Assembly: GCA_000934665.2 (NCBI GenBank) | Contig: KZ539126.1 | Location: forward strand, 1 to 32,727 | DNA: 32,727 bases | Reading direction: 5' to 3' | Source: Catajapyx aquilonaris | Lineage: Eukaryota | In this document: in pieces, positions 12,129 to 23,737 of the stretch | How positions within the stretch are numbered: position 1 is the first letter of the stretch | How the letters are laid out: every line of letters starts with the position of its first letter | Position numbers and translations under genes: made by a program | Notes under the pieces: model-generated | The model's input: only the letters and a program-made list of their open reading frames with translations | The model's database searches: none | Told to the model about the DNA's origin: nothing

Positions 12129-13906
12129 GTAGTAGTAGTAATAGTAATAATAGTATAATAGTAATAACCACCTCTGAAGTAGTGGTCCATGCTGAGCATT
12201 TTTTGGACAGTGTCCGAGTTGTCGAAGGAGCCTGCGTCCCCGCCAAACTCTGAGGGCAGGATTGATTTGGGCAGGCCGTGCTTCTCCAGACTGGTCTGGT
12301 CGCTGTGGAAGTGGATCTGAAAGGCAGGCAGGCAGGCAGGTCAAAGGTTATTGTGTTGTCCTCTGCTTCGTGTCACATTATGAGCACTGTATAGGGTGAA
12401 TGACACGAGAAAGTCTATAATATGAAAATGTAGTATATAGTACCCTGGATACGAGCTTGGCGGAGAGGAAGGGCCTGGCGAAGGCGACCAGGAGAGGAAA
12501 GACCCTAGGCGATCGGAGGCAGTGGAAGGCCTTGACCCGCATGGGCAGGCAGTCCTGCATCATCCGGACGATCCTCCTCATGGCGGAAGGGTTCAGGTAG
12601 CGGACGCTGTCCCAGACGGAGAAGCCCTCCATGCTGGTCAGCACCACCACCCCGGACACCTGGGCCCGGACGTCCTCCCGGATCAGCATCTCCAAGGCCA
12701 TCAAGAAGGCCCTCAGAGGATCGTCCACCCCACGGACTCTGGGCTGCCACTTGCCTATATGGGGCATGCAGCAGCAGCAGGATTGGAACGGAGATGTTGC
12801 GTTTGCATACATACAACTGTATACGCACACATATTGTATATAGGCTATACATAATATATTGTTGTGGTCCGACTGACATAATATTATTAAGAAGCACTGT
12901 ATGAGGAAAAAGCCGAAAAACCCCGCCCAACAGGGACATTGAAATATATTGCAGCACCCTGTAGATGCAGACACAGTGTGGGTTCGTCGTCATTAGATTG
13001 TGTAACTGTAACTTGATTGGGTCGTGACATCTCTCACTGTACTGTATATGTTCCCCCCCTTCCCATAATGTTCGTCTTTACCTCCCATGAGCACGAAGAT
13101 GGGCCTCCCCTCCCTGTCCGGCTCGGGCAGGATGTGCTGGACGTTGTCCCGGTACACCTCCTCCAAGGCCGACGGCAACATCTTCTCCCTCATGTCCAGC
13201 AGAGACTCCCTCATCTGGCAGTATCGACGAATCTGCATTGGAGGGGGGGGGGGGATTATAACAACCGACGAGANCAACCGACGAGACATGAGAAACAGAT
13301 ACGCAGCAATTACTATGGGAAGGCAACTTTGCAGTATAGTCTACCACCCATCACCCCTTCTATAGCAAGAAAGTATTCCAGCCATGGTCCATATACTCAT
13401 CTTCAGCTAATTCAGCATATCAGCTAATTGATCTATCAGACAGATTAAATGAGAGAGAAAAAGCGAGGATATAATAGGAGGACGTCGGACTCACCGTGGC
13501 CAGGGCCTTGTGGTGATCAAACTTCTTGGCCCGAAGGAACTGGAGAAGGAAGGCGTCGTCCGTCTCTGCCAAGGGGCAACGGATCCTCCCGTCCTCTGCG
13601 TCAAATCCGTCCAAAGTCGCAAAGCAGCGCATGAAACCAACACACAAACCGTTGTTTAAGCGAATTGAAACATCCAACCACTCCTATATACACTTTGAGT
13701 GGCAAACGATCATTGATCACAACAGGCCATTCATAATTGGCTTTGAAGAATCATTACACTTCCCATCCGCACCGATGATCGTGACAATGACCTTTAACCA
13801 TGCTCCGGAGAGTGGCGATGTCACGCTCCAGCCACTCTGGTCTCTCCCCCAGCTCCTTCCTGGCCACCTCTTGCAAATCAGGGCTCAGTGCTGATGGAGG
13901 TGACAT
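11932..13906 (-). CDS. CRAL-TRIO (Sec14-like) protein, alpha-tocopherol transfer protein/clavesin-like, ~285 aa, 6 exons
   Basis: Exons 13906-13792, 13595-13495, 13232-13082, 12754-12444, 12316-12172 and 11966-11932 are phase-compatible (858 nt). Motifs: A.KELGE, DDAFLLQFLRAKKFD, D.EGRPI, AQVSGVV, QDCLPMRVKAFH, RPFLS.KL..RIHFH and ILPSEFGG. The start codon is less certain, since an upstream exon is possible. AATAAA at 11679-11674. Confidence 0.92.
12081..12166. repeat. (TAA)n/(TAG)n microsatellite in the last CRAL-TRIO intron
   Basis: Directly visible run of about 15 TAA units followed by degenerate TAG/TAA units. Confidence 0.9.
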
Positions 13907-14758
13907 CGCGAGCTCTGGATCTTCTGATGGCTCGGCCGGCACCAGCTCTCTATACGCATGCACTATAGAGGGCAAGCAACACGTGTATCGAAACTGAAGA
14001 TCAAGATAATTATCATGTCACTCCTGCAGATTCAGATTGCAACTCCACGACGACGTAATATGCCAACAATATAGTCCATCGTCGTCACCACAAATGCGTA
14101 CGACCGCTATAGTTTAGTGCATTCACACCTTTTGCCTCCTGCTGGAGACCTTGTTCAGGGATCTGGACCGACAACAATCTCCGGAGTTGTTGTTCCGTGG
14201 CCCCCCCGACACTCAATCTGTTTACTCTCTTCTCTCCTTTGGCCAGGGTTATCTTCGCCTCCGCAATGGCCTATCTCTTCTCTGTTACGTTGACGTCTGA
14301 TAGGACCTTATCGCATTCAATGATTTGTTACCCATAGGCACTCTGTACTCTACACATCACTTTACCAGTCGTCCCCCTTCCCCACATCACTAAACTTGCT
14401 GATCGGTATGACCCGAAATGCCAGCTATACTCTGCATATTATTTTTTCCAATTTCCTTCTAAAAGGGGCGGCCTTTCTTGATGAAGGAGCCAGAGAGGAT
14501 GGAAGAACCACAAGAATTCCGCAGACGGACTCGGGTTCTATCTGTCTGGGGCAGCTGCATGGCTGAGAGAGGGCGAGAGGCTTTTATCATCGAAAAAATG
14601 CGACAAAGAATCGTTATTATCACCGTGCTCTGTATGTCACGCAATGACGTTAAATAAGTGTCCTCGATCGATCTCCATTGATTAGAGATGATCAGCCGCC
14701 GCGCCGCTGCTGCTTGTCCATCTGAGAAGAGCGGAAGTTGCGACAACCACAGCACAGA

Positions 14759-16996
14759 TCAGGGCAGAAAGGGATGTCGGACGACTCGGACGGACGAGCG
14801 TCGTCGTCGACGACAGTGCTGTCGGAGAAGGTGCTGGAGGTGCTCCAGGAGGAACCCGGCCAGGCTCACCACCCACCCGGACACCACCAGGGCGCACGGG
14901 CCGTACAGCTTCTTCGTCGTCAGGGGCCTCGCCTCCTCCTCCCCGTCGTCGCCTCCACCGTCGTGGTCGTCGTTGTAGTCGTCGTCGATCTGTTGACGAG
15001 AGCGGAGTCGAATTCGCCTGAGGGCCTCCATCATGTTTGCTAGCTTTAAGAAGTCCGTCCACTTCATCAGCATGCCATTCTCGATCAGGGTTCTGGCGAT
15101 CCGATCGCAGGTGAGTCTGGCCACGTTGTCCTTGGCGAAGGAGAGGCCGGAGATGACGGGGAGGGCCAGCTCGGTCTTGTCGTTCAGGAGGAGGCGGCCG
15201 GAGGAGTCGATCTGCTGGTACACGTGGGGCTCCATCAGGATGCTGGTCCCCAGGCAGGCCGCTCTGCCAGGGAGGCACTTCTCCAGGCACTCGCCGAAGG
15301 TCGCCTGGGAGGTCGCCTTCCGCACGACGGCCTGGTGCAAGGGGAGGTCTCCGCCGGCCTGGCTCACCACCGAGTACACCACGGCGTTCAAGAACTCCAC
15401 GTTGATGTCGTAGCCCGAGTCCAGGAGATCCCGGAAGGAGTACGGGAGACGCTCCCTCCTGGGGACTGCCACGAAGGAGAAGACCATCTCCTGGTAGCCG
15501 CAGGTCAGGACCATGGAGGTGAACAGCCAGAAGCAGAGGAACATGCGGAAGGAGTCGGGTCTGGGAACCTCCTTGTTGGGCACCTGCTCCACCAGGACAC
15601 GGGAGCAGAAGGACACGCACTCCAACAGGGTCCTCTTCACCCCGGTGGTGGACGGGGAGGAACAGTCCATCCTCATCGTCCTCTGCTGTCGGGAGTAGGC
15701 GATTGAGAGGAGCCAGTGGCAGACGAGGGAGGACAAGAGGGTTCCGAAGAGGATGAGGGCCCAGACGGAGGGCTGGTAGGGCCACCAGATGGTCTGCCAG
15801 GACCAGACGGGCCTGGCGGTGCCTGTGACGAAGGTGAACCCGGTGTATACGGTGGGGAAGAGGTAGTTGAAGTGGGTCATGGCGTCGGGGCTGTAGAAGG
15901 CCAGGGGGACGAACTCGCCCCTGCCCTCCATCACCTCCCTTGCGAAGCCCATCCAGGACCCGTTGTCCATCCGGCTTTTAAGGAACTCATCCACGGTCAT
16001 GTCTATGTGGTAACTGTGGGACGTGCAGTTCAACGCTTCGGAGGCATACAGGGTCAGGGCTTCGTACATGTTTATGCTGACGTGACCTTCCTTGCGCACC
16101 CTCTCCTCCAGTTCGGGCGAAGAGAGTTTCACGGGAGATGGAAACATCAGCACCCGACCGTTCATGTCTCTGGTCATGTCCGGAAAGACGACGTCCCTTC
16201 GAGACATGTCCAGTCCAGCAGGGAATGGCCCCAGGAAGAGGTTCCCTGGCCTCCCTCCCTCCCTGCAGAAGAAGCAGGCGGTGTGCAGGTGGAGGACTGC
16301 AGCTGGCCTCGAAGTGTTGCTTCCACGACGGTGCTGGGCGACGTGGACGGCCAGCTTGAACTTGAGTCCCCTTGCCAGCTGGCTCCCCTGCAGGAGATCC
16401 TCCACCGCCGCCGCCGTGGTCCCCTCTCCACCACCACTCCAGAGGACAAAGTAGTCCTGGTCCATCTGCATGGACCAGGTGTAGGCGGAGAAGACCGCGG
16501 CCCTGGTCACCCTGTCGTCGAGGGTCGGATGAGTGATGGGAGAGGAGACCAGATGCAAGGCGCACTCTCCCAGCTTCCTCCTCCTCTCGAACCGGTCCCA
16601 CAGGTCACGGACTGACCTCTTATTATTCGTGCGACCCTCCGATGACCCATCATCGGGGAAGGGAGCAAAGTGGCTCGGGACGAGGAGGGCGGAGGACAGG
16701 CGGTACGACAGGTGCATCCTGGAGAGGAGTCTCTGGTACGGGAGGGGCATCAGGGTCATCCGGTCATTGGGTCCACCTGCTGGGTCGTGGGTCAGGACCA
16801 GGCTGCATCGAGGGAGGGTCTTCTCCAGAAGGGTGGCCATCAGGTCAACCAGGAGGTCTTGGCCGTGGTCTTCGGGCGTTTGTCCCGTCAGCCGCATCGC
16901 CGCCGAGGCCAGCAGGATGGGGTCGACCAACAAGAAGAAGGAGAAGAAGAAGAAGGGGCCGACCAGCAGAAGCACCTCCTTGCGCTTCTCCAGCAT
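14759..16996 (-). CDS. Divergent ionotropic receptor (IR, iGluR-related chemoreceptor), single coding exon, 745 aa
   Basis: Uninterrupted ORF from the first ATG at 16996 with an N-terminal hydrophobic segment. It has ACFFC and FPDMTRDMNGR (pre-S1), NGSWMG (S1), WQTIWWPYQPSVW plus TM1, RMFLCFWLFTSMVLTCGYQ..FSFVAVP (TM2/M3), LIENGMLMKW (S2 end) and RPLTTKKLYGP plus the final TM. Confidence 0.9.
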   Translation of the reverse strand: MLEKRKEVLLLVGPFFFFSFFLLVDPILLASAAMRLTGQTPEDHGQDLLVDLMATLLEKTLPRCSLVLTHDPAGGPNDRMTLMPLPYQRLLSRMHLSYRLSSALLVPSHFAPFPDDGSSEGRTNNKRSVRDLWDRFERRRKLGECALHLVSSPITHPTLDDRVTRAAVFSAYTWSMQMDQDYFVLWSGGGEGTTAAAVEDLLQGSQLARGLKFKLAVHVAQHRRGSNTSRPAAVLHLHTACFFCREGGRPGNLFLGPFPAGLDMSRRDVVFPDMTRDMNGRVLMFPSPVKLSSPELEERVRKEGHVSINMYEALTLYASEALNCTSHSYHIDMTVDEFLKSRMDNGSWMGFAREVMEGRGEFVPLAFYSPDAMTHFNYLFPTVYTGFTFVTGTARPVWSWQTIWWPYQPSVWALILFGTLLSSLVCHWLLSIAYSRQQRTMRMDCSSPSTTGVKRTLLECVSFCSRVLVEQVPNKEVPRPDSFRMFLCFWLFTSMVLTCGYQEMVFSFVAVPRRERLPYSFRDLLDSGYDINVEFLNAVVYSVVSQAGGDLPLHQAVVRKATSQATFGECLEKCLPGRAACLGTSILMEPHVYQQIDSSGRLLLNDKTELALPVISGLSFAKDNVARLTCDRIARTLIENGMLMKWTDFLKLANMMEALRRIRLRSRQQIDDDYNDDHDGGGDDGEEEARPLTTKKLYGPCALVVSGWVVSLAGFLLEHLQHLLRQHCRRRRRSSVRVVRHPFLP

Positions 16997-18464
16997 GACC
17001 CTCTTCTGCCGCACAGCAGCCTCCCTCCAGCCGGGATGGCCTGCCCTTGCACCTGATGCGCACTAGACCGTCTAAGGTATACCTCCCTCAGTTAAAGGAA
17101 GTCACCTGCGGATCAAGCCCTGTGCCTTCCTGGTCGACAGCCTTTCGCACACTGTATTATTCGCTCGAAACTTCCATTTACTCGTGTGATTGCAATCCGA
17201 GCTAAAAGCGTGCGATTAAGGCGGGACATGCTTCCAGTGGCTAGAGATAATGACGACATGATTTGGTGTTCCGGCAATATACCACTCCAGCAGGTTCCTG
17301 CCACCAACTGATTGGGCCACGCTCCATCACCGCCGATAATTTATTCATTGATGATGATAATAAGGGACGGCGTGGCAAAAGGGCACCAGTATATTGCACG
17401 TCGACAGTCCTGCTAATCTTCCAATCGGCCAGTAAGGTCAGGGTCAAGGGAATGTATCTGGAAGGCATTTAATTCGACAAATCAATCAGGCTTCCGGGGA
17501 AGTAAAGAGCAAAGCAACTGCCAAAGTTTTCCGGGACTCTAGTGAATCCGGATATTCATTATCAGAGATGAATGACGATTCACTACAGTCCACATGTACG
17601 CGGGGATCTACAACCGTACAATTATTTCAAATGCGTATAGTCACCACGTATGTTTTGTGTTTTCAACCCAGCATCTTGACGGACTGGACATTTTCAAACC
17701 TGTCCAGTCCCCCAGAGAATAATGCGGTCAAAGGTCACATACAAAGGTTCCTTTTTCACGCCTCGCATTGTAACAATTTCATCCCGTTCGCACGAGCACA
17801 TAGCCCTTCCATTTATTAATCTCACCGCGTGCTTACAAGTTGCGAGTGTCTTATTGCTCTTTTTGAAATGCATTCCAGACACCAAATGCTCCAGAATTTT
17901 ACATTTTATTAGCCGTGTTTTTAGTGAGGCTTCTTTAGAAAATCTAAACTGTAGGATTTGTGGCTCATTTGGAATGCGCCATGTTGCCTAGTGCAAATGA
18001 TGATACTTAAATGGTCGAGACACAAGCATAATTAATGCACTTACCTCGGCTAACAGGACATCATTTTGGCCTGTACTCCTCCTTCACCAATGTAGAGTAC
18101 TATCACCACCAAAACCACTCCAGAGCCAGGAGAAAATTGGCACTAATAATAATAGGGGGCTATATATAGAGAGAATGCAATCCTGAAAATGAACAAGTGT
18201 CGAATCCCCTCCTGATGGAGTTGTCTTGCTTGGTCCTGCGCCTTCGACTTGCCCAGGCTCCATCCATTATACTTTTATTCGAGGATGAATGTGCCCAGAG
18301 AGAAAGGGATGCATGTTCCCAGCCCCTTGGAACCCCCTAAAACTGGAAGGTTGTGGAGTTGTAGTGGGGGTGGAACCACACCAGTCTAGCCATTTAGCTC
18401 TCGTCATGCCGATGCCTCCAAGCAGATTAGTAATACTACCAGAGGTGTTAGGACAACATCACCC

Positions 18465-21400
18465 ATGCCAGTTTCTCAAAGGCTTTTATTGTTATTAATA
18501 TTGATAATATTATTATGATAAAGCTACAATAAGTTACACGGGGAAAAGGCGTTGCTACTACACGTCCGGAAACTTGCCTAAGGAAAAAGTCTCTCAATTT
18601 TTTTATTATTATTAGTAGTATTAATATTTTTAAAATTTGTCCCGCAAGATAAGAAATAAATAAATGAGAAACAAGAGCGGTGAAGGAAAACAACCAAACG
18701 TTAGGCTGAGAAGGGATTAGGTTGAGAGTGGGAAAGACATTGGCAGATGCTGCGTGACATCCACAAAATGTATACCTATATATTTGGGGGGGAGGGGAAG
18801 GAGGAAGGGGGATTGTGTTAAAAATAATACAGGCTTCGAGAAACAAAATATATATAATATGTAATTACAAAATCAAGGAACCCATCGAGTGATTAACTAA
18901 AAAAAACCATTTGGGAGAAGGGGTTGGGGTTGGGGGCAGGGCGAATAACATTGACTTCGACACAACAGCGCTTTTTACAATATTTTTTTTTGCTTGTGGA
19001 CACATCAAAAGAAAGAGTGTATGCGTTTTAAAAACTTCTCCACATATGTATTTTTTTTCCATTCTTTCCTTAGCCAAATGAACCACCACAGCAGCAGTCA
19101 CGTATTTGCAAAAATTGCTCCTTCTCCTTTCTCCTCTCTTCCTCCTCCTTAATATTATCATTATTATTATTTTATCAAAACATAAAAAGTTGGATATATT
19201 GGTCAACAAAATAACTCTAGGAAAACTTTCCCTTTGGGTTACAAATAAGCTCGGCGCGTCTCCGGACGCAGTGTCCTCCCATTTCTTTCTTTAAAAAAAA
19301 TTAATATTGGTAATGATAATAATAGCAATAATTAAAAATACACCACCCTTTCCCCGCCAAAACCCCAATTTTTTGATTGCAACTTTTCCTCTTCTTTTTC
19401 CCCTCCCCCCCAACCCCTTCGCTCCCGATTTGTCTCTTCTTTTCTCTTCTCCCCCCTCCCCACCCTCAGAAAAAAAAAAATCAATTAAAAAAAATGGAGA
19501 CGAATGACCTGCGTCCCGAGCCCGCTGCCACATGTGATGTGATACAAAAATTAGAAAAATGTACAAAAATCCATAAAAATAGTGATTGAAATGCACACAA
19601 ACGGTACCCCATCAAATATTTTTTCTATAACTATTATTATTACATTATTATTATTTATTATTATCATTGATGCTATAAACCTACAACAACTGGCTAATGA
19701 ATGTCGGGAAGGGATATTTACGCATCATTATGTGGAAGTGGGATGGGGTAGACAGGAACAGGGGGGCGGGAAGGTACTTTTAAGGTTTACGGGAACAACG
19801 TGGTAATTGGTAAAAATGTGGAGACTTTTTTTAAATATATAATACTGGCTGTATCCAACACATGTTACTTGCCAGGCATGAACCTTCCAAAAGGGTCCTC
19901 CTTCTGTCGTCCCTCATCACTGGTCTAACGTGAGGCATCTGACCAGTGACCAGGGGAAGAGGAGGAAGCCCTTCAGCTCCAAAACACGACCCAGAACATC
20001 CGACGGACATGCCAAAACGTCGCCCTTCCCAGCACAGCGATTGTGTGCACTCTCGTTCTATCTCTCTCTCTCTATCAATCTCGCTCACTCACTCTTTCTC
20101 TCTCAATCTTTCTCACTATGAATGGCAGGCACAAAACACTTATCATGGGGTGACTAACCTGCCCAACAATGCCTGTTTTACCTCTCTAAACTGTCTCACT
20201 CGATATTATTATTTTTTATTAGAAAAAAGAGAAAGAGTTCAGGCTTGTCTATGCTTCCTCTAGAACGACTGAACCAAATGAAATGTGAGTACAAAAATTG
20301 CGTCAGTGTTGCATCTGGGGGCTACCACGCGAAAACGAACAGACATGTCTATATGTGATAGGGTTTGTGCAGGTACTGCGATTTGACTTTTCATAACGTC
20401 CTGGCATGTCACGCCTGCTTATTATGCTCAATCCTCGCTTCAAGTGGCATCTTTGCAAATTAACAGTACAGTATCTGGATATCTGACTCGGTCACTTGTA
20501 ATAAACCTGACCTCAAAAATATTGCCTGACATCTTTAAGGTGGAGGGGGGGGGGGGGAGGAGGGAGNAGTCAAAAAAGGGAGTCTTTCAGGTGGGAGGGG
20601 GGCAGTGGGGGTGGGAGAGGGGGTGGGATAAAAAGGATAACCATCACAATCACTTGTAAAAAAATTTGTCCCATTTTTACATCTTAGCAAATTTTACCTT
20701 CCTACAAAGTGGAGCAAAAAACACTTTTTTGTCGATTAGAAAATAAAGGCAGCACCATAAAGATACAAAAATCTTTGAAAAGACTTCTTTTTGTTGAGGT
20801 GTATGTAGGGAGTGGGGATGTGTGGAGGGTAGGGTGATGGATGGGGAGAGGAGGAAGTGCGGAGGAGGGTTGGGGAAATTACGGCCTAAGGAAATATTCC
20901 TGTCATCGTCGTCCCATTACATCTGCTTGATGACCAGTCAACCAGACCCGAGAAAAGCACCATTTTTGTGTGGGGAAATGCGCTCTTTTCCCAGTTTGCT
21001 TGTTCATTTGTGTGTTTACTTATGCTTTCTTTCTTTTTTTTCTTGACAGGTAAGGTCAAATGGGAAAGCCAAAGAGGAATGGAGGTGGGTGTAAGGGGGG
21101 TCAAAGGTCACTGCTGTTCCCTGTCGACAAGGATTTGAGCAGCATTTTTCCCGCTTTTTTAATCATCTCCTGAACAGGCAAAAAACTGTGTACAACTCCT
21201 ACAAATACACGGGATTTTTTTTTCTCATTAAAAAAAAAGAAAGAGGAACAACAGCAACAACAACAGCGAGAGGCGACCGAAAAAATTCCAGGGGCGGCTG
21301 TGAAAATGGGTTCCGGGGACACTACTCAAAGCTGCTGCCCTCCGGACACCAACACCCTATAGCCCCAGGGGATTACCTTATTTATTTAAATAACTTGTCT

Positions 21401-23737
21401 ATGTTATTTCGGCCCTCCTTTTTTTTTTTTTTAAATATCCACAACGCTCTGGAAAAAGATTTCCTTCTGCATTTTTTTCTTTTTTACTTTTACAAACGCT
21501 CTCTCTTTCTCACATTGCTCTTTTTTTTATCGAGTATGAAAGATAACTTTCTACTAAAATAATAACATCTCAAGAAACGTTAGGTTATTCCGGTTATGTT
21601 TCTTTTTTTTTTTTTATGAAGAAAAACATGTAGACAAAAAGACATCCGTTAATAGGAAGCCGGCATTACTTTCCTTCTCGTACCTACTTCTAATCGCTAC
21701 GATTGAGAGTAGTCATTAATAGTTGCTTGATTTTTTTTTATATACTTGAAGTGTGTACGTGTCTAGTGTATGTGATGATCAAAAAGAGTGTCAATGTGAT
21801 CTTTTCCTAAAAAACATCTAAGTAGCAATAAGGAGACGCAGATGCTCCAAAATAACTACAATTTTTTGGGGAGACGGGACACAGGAAGAAAAATAACAAT
21901 AAAAAGGGATGTGAAGTGTGTAGGACGTAGGAACATATGTGCACATCAACAATCAATTTTCGTACGAAAATAAAAAAAGACTACATGTACTCTAGCATTG
22001 ACTATGTGACTAGAAATAAGCGAAAATTGCAGGGGATGGGAAGGGTATCAATGATAATAATAATAATGATGATAATAATAATTAACGGGTGGCAACACAA
22101 TGTTAGCAACAATAGTTATTATAATCACAGTTGATTTTACCAATAATGCAAAAAACTATAAAACCCAACCAAAACACACATTTTTCCCTTGCAAACGCTC
22201 ACTTTGCAAAATTTTCTCGCGGTTTACACACACACATTTGCAGAACATGTTGTGCGGTTAAAGAAATCATTTCATAAAAAAGACCAAAATAAAAACATAA
22301 AATAGTTACCGGAACAACAGTGCCAAACTCGTTAATATCACTAGAACGAATGGGAGGGAACGGTACTTTTTCTCTTCTTGTTTCGCATAGATATATATAG
22401 ATATAGATTTTTTTTTGTTTTCAATCTTGTTAAAAAATAAACAAAAGTAAAACAGTACCCATAACAACGACTATGATGATGGTGCTGACTAAATAATAAT
22501 TAATTAACAGGGCGCTGAGGCAGTAACAACAAGTAGGAAAATAAAAAAATCGCACAGGCATGCATTTTTTAATGCACACAAGGATTGGGAAGGGGGAGGG
22601 GGGATCGGAGTGTAATGATTATTATTAAATCGTAGGGCTTTACACCATTTTAAAAACCGACAAAAGCACTCACTCAGCATCAAAAACTTCATCTTCCCTT
22701 CCGTCCCCCTCTACCTTCCCTCGTACCAAAAGCATATTTTAAAATGTGTCCGCCTACCAATCTTTGGTCTGCAGAGGCCATCCCCAATATTGAGAAATCT
22801 CTCTCTCTCTTCTTACATTTCTTTTTATCCTATATATAAAAAAAGAAGAGGCGTATTAAGGATAAGGATGTACAGTGGCTTGGGATGGGATGGGGGGGGG
22901 GGGGGGNTCAAGATGTTCTCTTTCTGCTTGTCCCCGTAATTTTTTGGTGTTGGTATACATATATAATAGTTATATGTATATATACACATCATATAAATTT
23001 TCAAGATCCGTAAAATGTATCAATATAAATTACAAAAAAATAAACTGGGGGTTGGGGGAGAGGACAAGTAGCAAGGGGAAGGAGGGTGAGAGGAAATATG
23101 TCTTTAAAAAATGTTAAGGTAAAACGCTTCAGCATTGGGGAGTTGACCTGCACAAGCAACGCCAACCTGCGCTTTGACTCGACCCGTTCACTGGTTCAAT
23201 TATTGCCGGCCTATCTTATCCACTAATGGCGATTGAGGAAAAAGGGGAGTCACGAATTAAACTAGGGGAAAAAGGCAGGTCTGAAGTCACACATAGACAC
23301 ATACACACACACACTACCCAGTGAACCGTACACAAAAATAGAAAAAATCAACAAAAGAAAAATATATGTTTATATTATATATATATCCCCATACGTGTGT
23401 GTGTGTGTATGTGTATACATGCACATGTGTGTGGTGCCTGCACACTTGTGTGTCCTGCACACGCACCCAAATAATTTGACAAGCTCTGTCTCAGGGACCA
23501 AACTCATAACTCTCTCTACACCTGCTTTACAAAAAAAAGCTAAACGAGAAGAGGTGTGTATGCGTGTGTATACGTGTATGTTGGAAAGACAACAACCAAC
23601 AAAGAGTCGAGTAAGAAAAGAGAACCTTTCTGCTCCCGTTTGGGTAGTGAACCAACCAAGGAGCAAAGGGAGCTTAATTTTTTTCCTTTTCTGCTACCAC
23701 CACTGACCACAGTCATTCCTAGAGTGGGGGGCCATCA
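18465..23737 (-). other. Probable long (~5.2 kb) U-rich 3' UTR of orb2/CPEB
   Basis: Continuous U-rich low-complexity sequence on the mRNA strand, with no credible ORFs or TEs, downstream of the stop. AATAAA at 18490-18485 is followed by GU-rich sequence (~18465-18452). Additional AATAAA hexamers at 18602, 19654, 20215 and 21381. Confidence 0.6.

Noticed and set aside
14459..14758. About 100 in-frame open codons after the IR stop (possible readthrough)
   Set aside because: The stop context TGA-T is not a leaky type and the extension has no recognisable features. It is compatible with chance.
14682..17066. Long overlapping and antisense ORFs (367 aa, 299 aa, 204 aa, etc.) over the IR gene
   Set aside because: These are shadow ORFs expected from high GC3 codon bias and show no domain-like sequence.
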